Shown here piece by piece: positions 26,157 to 35,549 of a stretch of 64,000 nucleotides of DNA. Location of the stretch: assembly GCA_963663895.2 (NCBI GenBank), contig CAXXRD010000001.1, positions 512,001 to 576,000 of the forward strand. The letters run 5' to 3'. The notes below the pieces were generated by a model. That model worked only from the letters and a program-made list of their open reading frames with translations, made no database searches and was not told the origin of the DNA. Each line of letters starts with the position of its first letter. Position 1 is the first letter of the stretch. Position numbers and translations under genes: made by a program. Origin of the DNA: Dehalococcoidia bacterium. Its GTDB lineage: Bacteria > Chloroflexota > Dehalococcoidia > Bin125.

Positions 26157-28624
26157 TGGCCGCCTCCGCCACCTCCACCGCCGCCGCCGAAGAAGCGGCC
26201 GGGGCCGAAGGCTGGGAGCTGCTGCTGCGGTTGCCGCTGTGTGGCGCTGAAGGCGATGCCCGCGCTATCCGCGCCGATCAGCAGCACAGCGCCGGCCTTG
26301 AGGCCGCTCGTGATCTCGACGTTTGTGCCGTCCGACTCACCGATCTCGACAGTCACGCGCTCGAAGGCGAGGGCGGCCGGGTCGTCGCCCGCGGCGGGCG
26401 CCGGGATGGTGACGAACCACGCGCCGTCGAGCTGGCGCACGGCGGCGACCGGGACGAGCACCGAGGGCTCGCGCAGCTCGGTTAGGATCGTGACGCTGGC
26501 GCTCATGCCGGGTGCGGGGAGCGGCCGGGCGGCGAGTGCGCCCTGCCCGGTTGCGCCTGGCCGGCCGTCGGCGCCTTCTCCGCCGGCCGCCCCGAGCACA
26601 CCCGCGGCGATCCGCTCGAGGAGCTGCGGCGGGATCTCGAAGCCCTCGGGCAGGTTCACGCCCTCCGGGAGCGGCTCGCCGGCCGCCAGCGCCTGCAGTA
26701 CGTCGCGGATGGTCGTGCCCTCGGGAAGTTCGATCTGGGCGAGCAGTCCGCCGCCGGCCCCGGCGCGGCCGCCTGCACCGCCACCTGCATCGGCTCCCGC
26801 AGCGCCGAGGATCGCCGCCAGACCCCCGGTCTGGTCGCTGAGGACGGCAATCTCGCTCGCGACCTGGGCGATCTCCGCTCCGGCGAGAATCCGCGCCTCC
26901 ACGTCGTACGTCACTACCCCCTGAGCGGCGTTCGGCAGGCGGCTGATCGACGCGATGCGCACCGGGTACTCGACGTTCTCGATGGCGTCGAACGATGCGA
27001 GACCGATCTGGCCGACCTCGAGGGCGAGCAGGTCCGCCTCGGTCACGGTAAGCGCGATCAGCATGCGGTCGGTGGTGCTCAGGGAGAACGCGGCGAAGTT
27101 GGCCGCCACGCGATCGCCGGGCTGCACGTTCACGGCCTCGACGATGCCGTCGAAGGGCGCAAGCACCGTCAGCTCCGCGAGGGCGGTGCGCGCCTCCTCG
27201 AGGGAGATCTCGGAGAGCCGCACGCTCTGCTCCTGCTGGGCGATCGCGTTCGCCGTCGCGCCCCCCGCCAGCTCGTCGTAGCGCGCCTGCGCGCTGGCGA
27301 GGCTGGCGAGCGCGGTCTCGAGCGAGGCGCGCGCCTGCTCGATCTCGCCCTCGTCGGCGGGTGCGCGCAGCTCAGCGAGGCGGGCGACGGCCGCAGCGTG
27401 ATTCGCCCGCGCCGCCTCCACCGACCGCTCTGCCTGGAAGCGATCCTCCTCGCTGGGCTCCGCGGTCAACTCGGCCAGGCGGGCGACGGCCGCGGCGTGG
27501 TTCGCCCGGGCCGCTTCCACCGACTGCTGCGCCTGGTAGCGGTCCTGCTCGGAGACCGGCGCGAGCAGGTCGGCGAGCCGCTCCTCGGCGGAGCCAAGCG
27601 TCGTGACGGCCGACTGCCTGGTCGCGTCGGCGCTGATGAACGCGACATTGGCGTTGATCAGAGCGTTCGCCGTGCGCTGATAGTTGTTCGACCTGTCCTC
27701 GAAGGAGTCGCGGAGCACGGCGATCTGCGCGTCGGAGAGCGGCAACGCGGCTGCGCAGGTCGTTTCGGTCACATCGGGAAGGTGGTCGTAGCCCTCGCAG
27801 TACGCCTCGAACGCGTTCCCAAGGGCGTGCCACGCGTCGTCCGCCCCACTGATCGCGCCAGAGAGCTGCGCCTGCGCCTGCGCCACGGCGGACCGCGCGG
27901 ACGCGATCTCCGTCTCGCTCGGGTCGGCGGTCAACGCAGCCAGCGCCTCCTCGGCGCTCGAGAGCTGACCGAGGGCGTTCGCCACCGCCTGCTCCGCGCT
28001 CGCCTGCGCGCTCGCCTCCGGCGGCTCGGACAGCCGCGCCTGCGCCTCTTCCGCGCTCGAGAGTTGCCCGAGGGCGTTCGCGACGGATTGCTCCGCGCTC
28101 GCCTGCGCGCTCGCCTCCGGCGGCTCGGAGAGCCGGGCCAACGCCTGCTCCGCGTTCACGACCTGCGCCTCGGACGATTCGATCGACTGCCTCGCGGACG
28201 CGATGGCGGACGCCTCGGGGTCGGCCTCGAGGGCGTCGAGGCGCAACTGTGCGAGGCGCAGCTGCACCTCCGCGGTCTCGACCCGCCGCTGCGCGTCGGA
28301 GTCGTCGAGCGTCGCCAGCGCGTCTCCGGCGCGCACCGTATCGCCGCTCTCCACGGCGACGGAGGCGACGATCCCGGCGGCGCCGAAGCTGAGGTTGGCG
28401 CTGCGCTCGGCCTCCGCCGAGCCGGACAGGTCGACCGTGGTGCTCAGTTGGCCCTCGACGGCTTCGGCACGCTGCGGCTCGGCGACCACCTCGGTGTCGT
28501 CGGGCTGGAGCAGCACGAACACGGCCACCGCCGCTGCGGCAATCGCCAGCGCGGCCGCCAGCACCAGCCAGCGCCTGCGCGAACGGCGGCCGCGGATCAG
28601 CAGATCGATGTCAACGTCGCTCAT
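26153..28624 (-). CDS. Elongated HlyD/MacA-like periplasmic adaptor
   Basis: N-terminal TM, lipoyl halves (V.SGD.V; APFDGIV), long helical hairpin with 33-aa repeats. Confidence 0.85.
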   Translation of the reverse strand: MSDVDIDLLIRGRRSRRRWLVLAAALAIAAAAVAVFVLLQPDDTEVVAEPQRAEAVEGQLSTTVDLSGSAEAERSANLSFGAAGIVASVAVESGDTVRAGDALATLDDSDAQRRVETAEVQLRLAQLRLDALEADPEASAIASARQSIESSEAQVVNAEQALARLSEPPEASAQASAEQSVANALGQLSSAEEAQARLSEPPEASAQASAEQAVANALGQLSSAEEALAALTADPSETEIASARSAVAQAQAQLSGAISGADDAWHALGNAFEAYCEGYDHLPDVTETTCAAALPLSDAQIAVLRDSFEDRSNNYQRTANALINANVAFISADATRQSAVTTLGSAEERLADLLAPVSEQDRYQAQQSVEAARANHAAAVARLAELTAEPSEEDRFQAERSVEAARANHAAAVARLAELRAPADEGEIEQARASLETALASLASAQARYDELAGGATANAIAQQEQSVRLSEISLEEARTALAELTVLAPFDGIVEAVNVQPGDRVAANFAAFSLSTTDRMLIALTVTEADLLALEVGQIGLASFDAIENVEYPVRIASISRLPNAAQGVVTYDVEARILAGAEIAQVASEIAVLSDQTGGLAAILGAAGADAGGGAGGRAGAGGGLLAQIELPEGTTIRDVLQALAAGEPLPEGVNLPEGFEIPPQLLERIAAGVLGAAGGEGADGRPGATGQGALAARPLPAPGMSASVTILTELREPSVLVPVAAVRQLDGAWFVTIPAPAAGDDPAALAFERVTVEIGESDGTNVEITSGLKAGAVLLIGADSAGIAFSATQRQPQQQLPAFGPGRFFGGGGGGGGGGQ

Positions 28625-28687
28625 GGTCGTCTCTCACACCCCGATCGGAGAAGCTGGAACAGGTCGGCGCAACAGTGCACCGCGTCG

Positions 28688-28736
28688 CATAACGCCCTCG
28701 TAACCTCGCGCGCTCCGTACGTTACGTTCGCGTTAG
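28688..28736. promoter_or_regulatory. Two oppositely oriented pairs of 11-bp-spaced direct repeats, candidate OmpR-family sites
   Basis: CATAAC/CGTAAC (28688, 28699) and CGTTAC/CGTTAG (28720, 28731) between divergent operons. Confidence 0.45.
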
Positions 28737-28786
28737 GGTCGAAGGGGTAGCCTGCGTGTGGCCGGTGGGCTGCAGGAGCGACGCCT

Positions 28787-29443
28787 ATGCGCGTGCTGCT
28801 GGTGGAGGACGAGCGCGACCTCGCGAACGCGATCGCGAGGGGTCTGCGCCGCGACGGGCTCGCCGTCGACATCGCCTTCGACGGCGCCACTGCCCTCGAG
28901 AAGGCAACGGTGCACCCCTACGACGTCGTCGTGCTCGACCGCGACCTGCCCCTCGTCCACGGCGACGAGGTCTGCCGCGAGCTGGTCGCTGCCGAGGGCG
29001 ACTCCCGCATCCTCATGCTCACCGCCGCCGCCGCCGTGCACGACCGCATCGAGGGCCTCGACCTCGGAGCGGACGACTACCTCTCCAAGCCGTTCGACAT
29101 CGGCGAGTTGCGCGCGCGGATCCGCGCGCTGGGGCGGCGTTCGCAGCCGGCGGCGCACCCGGTGCTCGAGCGCGGCGGCGTGGTCCTCGATGCCGCGCGG
29201 CGCAGCGCCACGCGCGACGGGCGCGAGCTCGGCCTCACGCGCAAGGAGTTCGTGGTGCTGCAGGTGCTGCTCGAGGCGGAGGGCGCCGTCGTCAGCCCCG
29301 AGGAGCTGCTGGACCGCGCCTGGGACGAGCACACCGACCCATTCACAAACGTGGTGCGCGTGACGATCATGAAGCTGCGCAAGAGCCTCGGAGAGCCGCC
29401 GCTGATCGAGACGCTGCGCGGCGTCGGCTACCGCATCCTCTGA
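28787..29443 (+). CDS. OmpR-family response regulator
   Basis: VLLVED, LDRDLP, GADDYLSKPF, IETLRGVGY. Confidence 0.93.
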   Translation: MRVLLVEDERDLANAIARGLRRDGLAVDIAFDGATALEKATVHPYDVVVLDRDLPLVHGDEVCRELVAAEGDSRILMLTAAAAVHDRIEGLDLGADDYLSKPFDIGELRARIRALGRRSQPAAHPVLERGGVVLDAARRSATRDGRELGLTRKEFVVLQVLLEAEGAVVSPEELLDRAWDEHTDPFTNVVRVTIMKLRKSLGEPPLIETLRGVGYRIL

Positions 29444-30690
29444 TGCGCTTGCCGGGCGCCGTGATTCCCCAGCCGTCGATCCGGCTGCGCCTGACGCTCT
29501 GGTACGGCGGGCTGTTCCTGCTGGCGGGCACGGTGCTGCTCGGGCTCAACTTCGCGCTCGTTGCCCGTAACTTCCCCTCCGACGGGGCCGACCTGCGCGA
29601 GAACGTCGAGCGCCGCTTCGACCTCGATCCGGGCGAACTGCGCGGGGAGGTCTTCTTCGTCGTCGAGCGGCCAGCGACGCCGGGACGGTCGGTTGGTCCG
29701 CGGCGGGGTGTCGCCGCCACGCCGCTCTTCAACAGCGTCATCTCGCACATCAAGACCGACACCCTCCAGCAGATCGTCTGGCAATCGGGTGTCGCGCTCG
29801 GGCTGATGGCCGTGCTCTCGATCGGCCTCGGCTGGTTCGTCGCCGGGCGGATGCTGCGACCCGTTGAGGAGATCGCAGCCACCGCGCGCCGCATCAGCGA
29901 GGCGAGCCTGGAGGAGCGGATCGCCCTCGGCGGGCCGTCCGACGAACTCAAGGATCTCGCCGACCAGTTCGACGCGATGCTCGATCGCCTGCAGACCGCC
30001 TTCGAGGCGCAACGCGAGTTCGTCGCCAACGCCTCGCACGAGCTGCGCACCCCACTCACGATCATCCGCACCGAGATCGACGTCACCCTCGACGACCCGG
30101 ACTCCGGCCGCGAGCAGCTCGAACGGACCGCCGAGGTCGTCCGCCGTGCGATCGACCGCACCGAGGGCCTGATCGACCGCCTGGTGGTCCTCGCCCGCGC
30201 CGAGGAGCCGCTCCAGCGCGGCGAGGAGAGTGAGCTTGCCGACGCCGTCCGGCGCGCCCTCGACGCACGCGAGACGGAGATCGCCGAGCTGGGTCTCCGC
30301 GTCACGCTCGACCCCGGCGAGGCGACCGTCGAGGGCGACCTGATGCTGCTCGACCGGCTGGCCGGCAACCTCGTCGACAACGCCGTCGAGCACAACGAGC
30401 GCGACGGATGGATCGAGATCACGAGCGGACAGGACGAGCAGACGGTGACGCTGAGCGTCGCCAACGGCGGGCCGCTCATTCCCGAGGGCGAGGCGCCGCG
30501 GCTGTTCGAGCGCTTCGCACGGGCGGAGGGCTCGCGCACTCGCCCGCGCGGCGGCTACGGCCTCGGACTCTCGATCGTGCGCGCGATCGTGCGCGCCCAC
30601 CGCGGCGAGGTGACGGCGCGTGCGCTGTCCGAGGGCGGCCTCACCGTCGAGGTTTCGCTGCCCCGCCGGCGCCAGGGTTCGTCCCAGTAG
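29443..30690 (+). CDS. HAMP sensor histidine kinase
   Basis: ASHELRTPL, NLVDNA, GYGLGLSIV. Confidence 0.93.
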   Translation: MRLPGAVIPQPSIRLRLTLWYGGLFLLAGTVLLGLNFALVARNFPSDGADLRENVERRFDLDPGELRGEVFFVVERPATPGRSVGPRRGVAATPLFNSVISHIKTDTLQQIVWQSGVALGLMAVLSIGLGWFVAGRMLRPVEEIAATARRISEASLEERIALGGPSDELKDLADQFDAMLDRLQTAFEAQREFVANASHELRTPLTIIRTEIDVTLDDPDSGREQLERTAEVVRRAIDRTEGLIDRLVVLARAEEPLQRGEESELADAVRRALDARETEIAELGLRVTLDPGEATVEGDLMLLDRLAGNLVDNAVEHNERDGWIEITSGQDEQTVTLSVANGGPLIPEGEAPRLFERFARAEGSRTRPRGGYGLGLSIVRAIVRAHRGEVTARALSEGGLTVEVSLPRRRQGSSQ

Positions 30691-30703
30691 CGCCGCCGCG
30701 CCC

Positions 30704-31045
30704 TCAGCGCTCCATCAGCACCGCGCCCGCTCCAATACGCGGTCGAGGTCGATGATCACCGCGACGCCCCCAGGCGGTCCGGGTCGCGGTCGCGCTCAAG
30801 CCTGTGCGAGCCCTCGAAGATGGCGTCGCGGGCCTCCGGGTCGTCGACGATGCGTGCGCGGCCGTGGAACTGCCACATCTGGCGTTGAGCCGGGTGCGGT
30901 AGAGGAAGGCGATGCGCGGATTGACGGCGATCCGGCGCAGGATGTCGCCGGCCGGGTTCCGCACCCAGATCGCGAGTTGATCGGCACTGTGGACCTGCGT
31001 GCTGCCGTAGAAGGAGAGGCTCGGCTGGCCCTCGCCGTCGCCACC
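30704..31045 (-). pseudogene. Pyridoxamine 5'-phosphate oxidase-like fragment, 5'-truncated and frameshifted
   Basis: GQPSLSFYGSTQV...NPRIAFLY in one frame, QFHGRARIVDD...ERDRDP in another. Confidence 0.6.
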
Positions 31046-31240
31046 GATATGCCACGAATGCTGCAACGGATCCGACGATGGATCGCCGAAGCCGACGGAG
31101 ACGATCTCGATCTACTGTTAACGGCCGTGGATGCGAAGGTCATAGCCTCGCGTGAACGGGCCGAGATTCGGGGCTCGGTACCAGCCTATGAGCAAGCTTC
31201 GCAGGCCGATTTAGTCACCATTGAACAAACATCGGCATGA
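31046..31240 (+). pseudogene. Recombinase C-terminal remnant ending antisense inside dnaN
   Basis: LQRIRRWIAEADGDDLDLLLTAVDAKVIASRERAEIRGSVP...LVTIEQTSA*; large-serine-recombinase call is from recalled family style. Confidence 0.65.
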
Positions 31241-32348
31241 TGACGTGGACGTAGTTCTCGCGCTCGTCGGGGCGGAACACGCCCGGATTCGAGGGGCCCG
31301 TCGTCTCCAACCGGACCTTCCCCTTCTCCAAGACCTGTAGCACGTCCTGGAGATAGCGGTTGTTGAAGGCGATGCGGCCCTCCTCGCCCTCGATGGCGGC
31401 ATCCATCTGTCCCTCGTGCTCGCCTTGCTCGTCCGCCCGCGCGGAGACGGAGACGCGCCCGCCGCCGTCCTCCGGGCGCAGCAGCACGCGCACGATGCCG
31501 CTGCCGTCACGCGCGAACACGGCGGCGGTCTTCACCTCGCGCAGGAACTCGCCGCCGTCCATGATCGCCCGCGTTTGGTACTCCGAGGGGATGAGTTGCT
31601 GGTAGCTGGGGAAGGTCCCCTGAATGAGCTGCGCCGTGAGCTCGATGTCGCTGAACTTGAGCAAGACCTGGCTGCGGGCGCTGTTGAGCTGCAGCAGCAC
31701 GGGCTCGTCCTGCTCCGGCAAGAGGCGCCCCAAATCTTGCAGGGCCCGCGCCGGCACGATGATCTCGATCGGCTCCGGCAATAGCTCCGCGATGTCGAGG
31801 TGGTAGACGGCCAGGCGAAAGCCGTCCGCGCCCGCCAGGGTGAGGCGGCCTTCCTCGATCTTGAGCTGCACGCCCGTCAGGACCGGCCGACTGTCGTCCG
31901 TGGCGGCGGCGAAGCCCACGTGCTCCACCGCCTCTCGCAGGGCCTGCGGCTCCAAGCGGATCACGTCCCCTTCGGTGATGGACGGGATCGGGGGAAAGTC
32001 GTCCGCGTCCATGCCGCTGATGGAGGCCTCGTTGCGGGCGCAAACGATCTGCGCCTGCCGGGAGCGCGCGGCCACGCTGAAGTCGATCTCCGCCGACGGC
32101 AGCGAGGAGACGAACTCGCTGAGCAGCCGCGCGGGGATCGTGATCGCTCCGGGCTCCTCGACGCGCGCGCCCACCCACGAGGTGAGCGCGATCTGGAGGT
32201 TGGTGGCGGCGAGCTTGAGCCGGTCCTCTTCCGCGGAGAGCAGCACGTGCGAGGTCTGGGGCAGCGTGGGGCGCGACGCGACCGCGCGTCCCACAATATC
32301 GAGGCCTCGCTTGAGCGCCTCTTGCTGGACCGCCAGTTTCACCCGCAA
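31215..32348 (-). CDS. dnaN: DNA polymerase III beta sliding clamp
   Basis: LAATNL, SRPVLTGV, ADGFRLA, GTFPSY, IMPM. Confidence 0.97.
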   Translation of the reverse strand: MRVKLAVQQEALKRGLDIVGRAVASRPTLPQTSHVLLSAEEDRLKLAATNLQIALTSWVGARVEEPGAITIPARLLSEFVSSLPSAEIDFSVAARSRQAQIVCARNEASISGMDADDFPPIPSITEGDVIRLEPQALREAVEHVGFAAATDDSRPVLTGVQLKIEEGRLTLAGADGFRLAVYHLDIAELLPEPIEIIVPARALQDLGRLLPEQDEPVLLQLNSARSQVLLKFSDIELTAQLIQGTFPSYQQLIPSEYQTRAIMDGGEFLREVKTAAVFARDGSGIVRVLLRPEDGGGRVSVSARADEQGEHEGQMDAAIEGEEGRIAFNNRYLQDVLQVLEKGKVRLETTGPSNPGVFRPDERENYVHVIMPMFVQW

Positions 32349-32465
32349 GCCTCCACGGCCCTACAAATGCGAATCGATCTATGCGATTGACTGGATGATT
32401 GTAGAGCACCAGAGAGGCCAATAGCGACGCAACAGCGGGCAGTTGCGCGGCAGTCGACAGAAGTT

Positions 32466-32485
32466 CGTGGAGAAACGGTGGATAA
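32466..32485 (-). promoter_or_regulatory. Two DnaA-box-like 9-mers upstream of dnaN
   Basis: TTATCCACC and TTCTCCACG vs consensus TTATCCACA, 11 nt apart. Confidence 0.45.
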
Positions 32486-32491
32486 CGTGCG

Positions 32492-33790
32492 TTATCGGCT
32501 GCGAGCGACTTCGTCAAGGGCCTTCGCGATGGCGGATTCGGTGAAGGCGATCACTTCGTTGGTGTGCGCCAGCGAGACGAACATGGCCTCGAACTGGGAA
32601 GGCGCGACGTTGACCCCCGCGGCCAGGGCGGCGTGGCAGAAGCGTGCATAGGCCGCCGTGTCGCTGGCCTGGGCCGTGGCAAGATCCGTGGGCGGCTGGG
32701 CCTGGAAGAAGACGGTGAGCAGGGAGCCGGCGCGGCTCACCGTGACCGGCAGGGACGCGCGCCGCGCCGCCGCCGTGATCGCCGCCGCCAGCCGGGCGGC
32801 GCGCCGATCGAGCCGGTCGTAGACGCCGGGATCGCTCAGCTCGTCGAGCGTCGCGACGCCGGCCGCCATCGCCAGCGTATTGCCCGCCAGGGTCCCCGCT
32901 TGATAAACAGCGCCCAGCGGCGCCAGGTGCTTCATGATCGCCGCCGGGCCGCCCACGGCGCCGATCGGGAGCCCGCCCCCGATGATCTTGCCCAAGCAGG
33001 TGAGGTCCGGCGTGACGCCGAACTGCGCCTGGGCGCCGCCGCGGGTGAGGCGAAATCCCGTGATCACCTCATCGAAGATGAGGAGCGCCCCGGCGCCGAG
33101 GGTGATCTCCCGCAGCCCTTCCAAGAAGCCCGGCTGCGGCGGCACGAGGCCCATGTTGGCGGCCACCGGCTCCACGATCACGCCCGCCAGATCATCGGCG
33201 TAGGCGCGAACGATGCGCTCGACGCCCGCCAGATCGTTGTAGCGGGCGACCAAGGTCTCGGCGGCGTAGCTCGCGGGGACGCCGGCGCTGTCCGGCAAGC
33301 CCAACGTGGCGAGCCCCGACCCCGATCGCGCCAGCAGGCCGCCGGCGTGCCCGTGGTAGCAGCCGGCGAACTTGATCAGCTTGTTGCGGCCCGTATACCC
33401 GCGCGCGAGCCGGATGGCGGTCATCGTCGCCTCGGTGCCGGAGTTGACGAACCGCACCTGCTCGATCGAGGGGACCGCGGCCACGACCCGCCGCGCGAGC
33501 GCCGTCTCCAACTCCGTGGGGGCGCCGAAGGCCGTCCCGGCGGCGGCGGCATCGCGGATCGCGCCAATGACGGCCGGATGGGCGTGCCCCAGGATCAGCG
33601 GCCCGTAGGCGCACACGTAGTCCGCGTAGGCATTGCCGTCCAAGTCGTAGATGTAGGCGCCACTGCCGCGGTCGATGACGGGCGGCTCTCCGCCGACCGC
33701 GCCAAAGGCCCGCACGGGGCTATTCACGCCCCCGGGAAAGAGCTCCTGCGCGGCCTGAAACGCCGCCCGCGACCGCGGCCGGTCTCTCAC
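32492..33790 (-). CDS. hemL: Glutamate-1-semialdehyde 2,1-aminomutase
   Basis: PGGVNSPVRAF, NSGTEA, DEVITGFR, GKIIGGGLP. Confidence 0.95.
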   Translation of the reverse strand: MRDRPRSRAAFQAAQELFPGGVNSPVRAFGAVGGEPPVIDRGSGAYIYDLDGNAYADYVCAYGPLILGHAHPAVIGAIRDAAAAGTAFGAPTELETALARRVVAAVPSIEQVRFVNSGTEATMTAIRLARGYTGRNKLIKFAGCYHGHAGGLLARSGSGLATLGLPDSAGVPASYAAETLVARYNDLAGVERIVRAYADDLAGVIVEPVAANMGLVPPQPGFLEGLREITLGAGALLIFDEVITGFRLTRGGAQAQFGVTPDLTCLGKIIGGGLPIGAVGGPAAIMKHLAPLGAVYQAGTLAGNTLAMAAGVATLDELSDPGVYDRLDRRAARLAAAITAAARRASLPVTVSRAGSLLTVFFQAQPPTDLATAQASDTAAYARFCHAALAAGVNVAPSQFEAMFVSLAHTNEVIAFTESAIAKALDEVARSR

Positions 33791-34563
33791 GGCGCCGCCG
33801 CGGGAATGAGGCGCAAGAGCCCGCGCAGGTCGGGGAAGGTCCAAGTGGCCTCGAACGCCGGTTGATGGGAGGGCGTCTCGCGCTCGAAGCGCTGCACCCG
33901 GTAGACCGGCATCCCCACGCTGCGGGCGCCCGTGACGTCCGCGATCGGATGGTCGCCCACGTGCAGCACTTGCGCGGCCGGCAGGTCGAGCGCCCGCAGC
34001 ACGGCCTCGTAGAAGGGACGGCGCGGTTTGTAGGCGCGCACGTCTTCCGACGACACGACAACGTCCACGCTGATCTCCGCGCCCCGCAGCGCCGCGGCCA
34101 GGTGCCCGCGATCGGCGTTGCTCGCCACCGCGACGGTCACGCCCGCCGCCCGGATCCCATCGACCACCTCCTTGCTCTCCTCGTAGGCCGGCGCCCGCCC
34201 GAGCTCGTCGAGCAGATAAGCCGTCGCCGCATGCGCATCGACCGCGCTGACCTTCCATAGATCGAGGGCGTAGCCGAAGAACAGCGGCCAGCTCTCTTGG
34301 AAGGTGCGGAACGGGGGCTCGGGCCCGTCCAGGGGCCGCTCCGGATCGAGTCCCATCGTCTTGGCGAACTCCCTCGCGGCCTTGATCCAGTCGTCCCAGA
34401 CCGCGCCCGCGTCGGCGGCGACGCCGTGCCGGGCGAAGAGGGTGCGGATCGCCGGAACGAACGCTCGTTCGTCGAAGTCAATGAGGGTGCCGTAGCAGTC
34501 GAAGGCGACTGCCCGGATGTGCGAGAGGTCGACGCCCGCTAGTCCGTTGCTCGTTGCAGCCAG
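33787..34563 (-). CDS. HAD-family hydrolase
   Basis: FDCYGTL, ASN, YKP, HVGD..AD; start uncertain (possible CTG). Confidence 0.85.
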   Translation of the reverse strand: MAATSNGLAGVDLSHIRAVAFDCYGTLIDFDERAFVPAIRTLFARHGVAADAGAVWDDWIKAAREFAKTMGLDPERPLDGPEPPFRTFQESWPLFFGYALDLWKVSAVDAHAATAYLLDELGRAPAYEESKEVVDGIRAAGVTVAVASNADRGHLAAALRGAEISVDVVVSSEDVRAYKPRRPFYEAVLRALDLPAAQVLHVGDHPIADVTGARSVGMPVYRVQRFERETPSHQPAFEATWTFPDLRGLLRLIPAAAP

Positions 34564-35549
34564 CGCGCCATCTCCTTGGCGTGATACGTGAGGATCAGGT
34601 CCGCACCGGCGCGCTTGATCGCGGTCAGCACTTCCGGCACGACACGATTCTCCTCCAACCATCCGTTGGCCGCAGCCGCTTTCACCATCGCGTATTCGCC
34701 GCTGACGTTATAGGCGGCGATCGGACAATCCATGCGATCACGCGCTTGGCGGATCAGATCCAGGTACGGGAGCGCGGGCTTCACCATCACCATATCCGCG
34801 CCCTCGGCAAGGTCTTGCGCGATCTCGCTCAGCGCCTCCCGCCCGTTGGGCGGGTCCATCTGGTAGCTCCGGCGATCGCCGAAGGCCGGCGTCGAGTCCG
34901 CCGCCTCGCGAAAAGGACCGTAGAAGGCCGAAGCGAACTTGGCGGCGTAGGCCAAGATCGCGACATCCGGCAAGCCCGCACCGTCGAGAGCGCCGCGGAT
35001 CGCTCCCACACGGCCGTCCATCATGTCGCTGGGCGCCACGATGTCCGCCCCCGCCTCCGCCTGGCTCAGTGCCGTGGCGGCGATCAGCTCCACGGAGGCG
35101 TCGTTCTCGACCACGCCGCCCGCGCCCAGCACGCCGCAGTGGCCGTGATCGGTGTACTCGCAGAGACAGACATCCGTCATCACGACCAGGTCGGGATCGG
35201 CGTCCTTTAGCACCCGGACGGCCTGCTGCACGATACCGTCCGCGGCGTACGCTTCGGACGCCCGCGCATCCTTGCGAGCCGGAAGCCCGAAGAGGATGAG
35301 CGCGGGAATTCCGAGCGCTCGCAACTCGCGCGCCTCCTCCGGCAGTTGGTCGATCGAGAGGCGGCTCTGTCCCGGCATCGACGCAATGGGGGCGCGCACA
35401 TCGCGGCCGTGCGTCACGAAGAGCGGATATACGAAGTCGTCCGCCGCCAGCCGCGTCTCCCGGACCATCCGTCGCATCGTCTCGCTCCGGCGGATGCGGC
35501 GGTGCCGGCGCGGAAGTGCGAGCCGTGTTGCGCGGTTCGTGTCAAGCAT
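34539..35549 (-). CDS. hemB: Porphobilinogen synthase
   Basis: [31 protein letters not shown]. Confidence 0.96.
   Translation of the reverse strand: MLDTNRATRLALPRRHRRIRRSETMRRMVRETRLAADDFVYPLFVTHGRDVRAPIASMPGQSRLSIDQLPEEARELRALGIPALILFGLPARKDARASEAYAADGIVQQAVRVLKDADPDLVVMTDVCLCEYTDHGHCGVLGAGGVVENDASVELIAATALSQAEAGADIVAPSDMMDGRVGAIRGALDGAGLPDVAILAYAAKFASAFYGPFREAADSTPAFGDRRSYQMDPPNGREALSEIAQDLAEGADMVMVKPALPYLDLIRQARDRMDCPIAAYNVSGEYAMVKAAAANGWLEENRVVPEVLTAIKRAGADLILTYHAKEMARWLQRATD

Larger units (their letters stand above)
17247..31240. mobile_element. Composite genomic island: tandem elements integrated at the dnaN 3' end
   Basis: att-like copies at 31214-31235 and 23285-23306 (20/22 identical), weak third copy at 17247-17270; recombinase remnants; defence cargo. 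Confidence 0.7.

Noticed and set aside
25453-26178. 660-aa ORF as a fused MacB
   Set aside because: The extension is a shadow frame of the separate ATPase gene; the same applies to the long versions of 28756-30690 and 32492-34258
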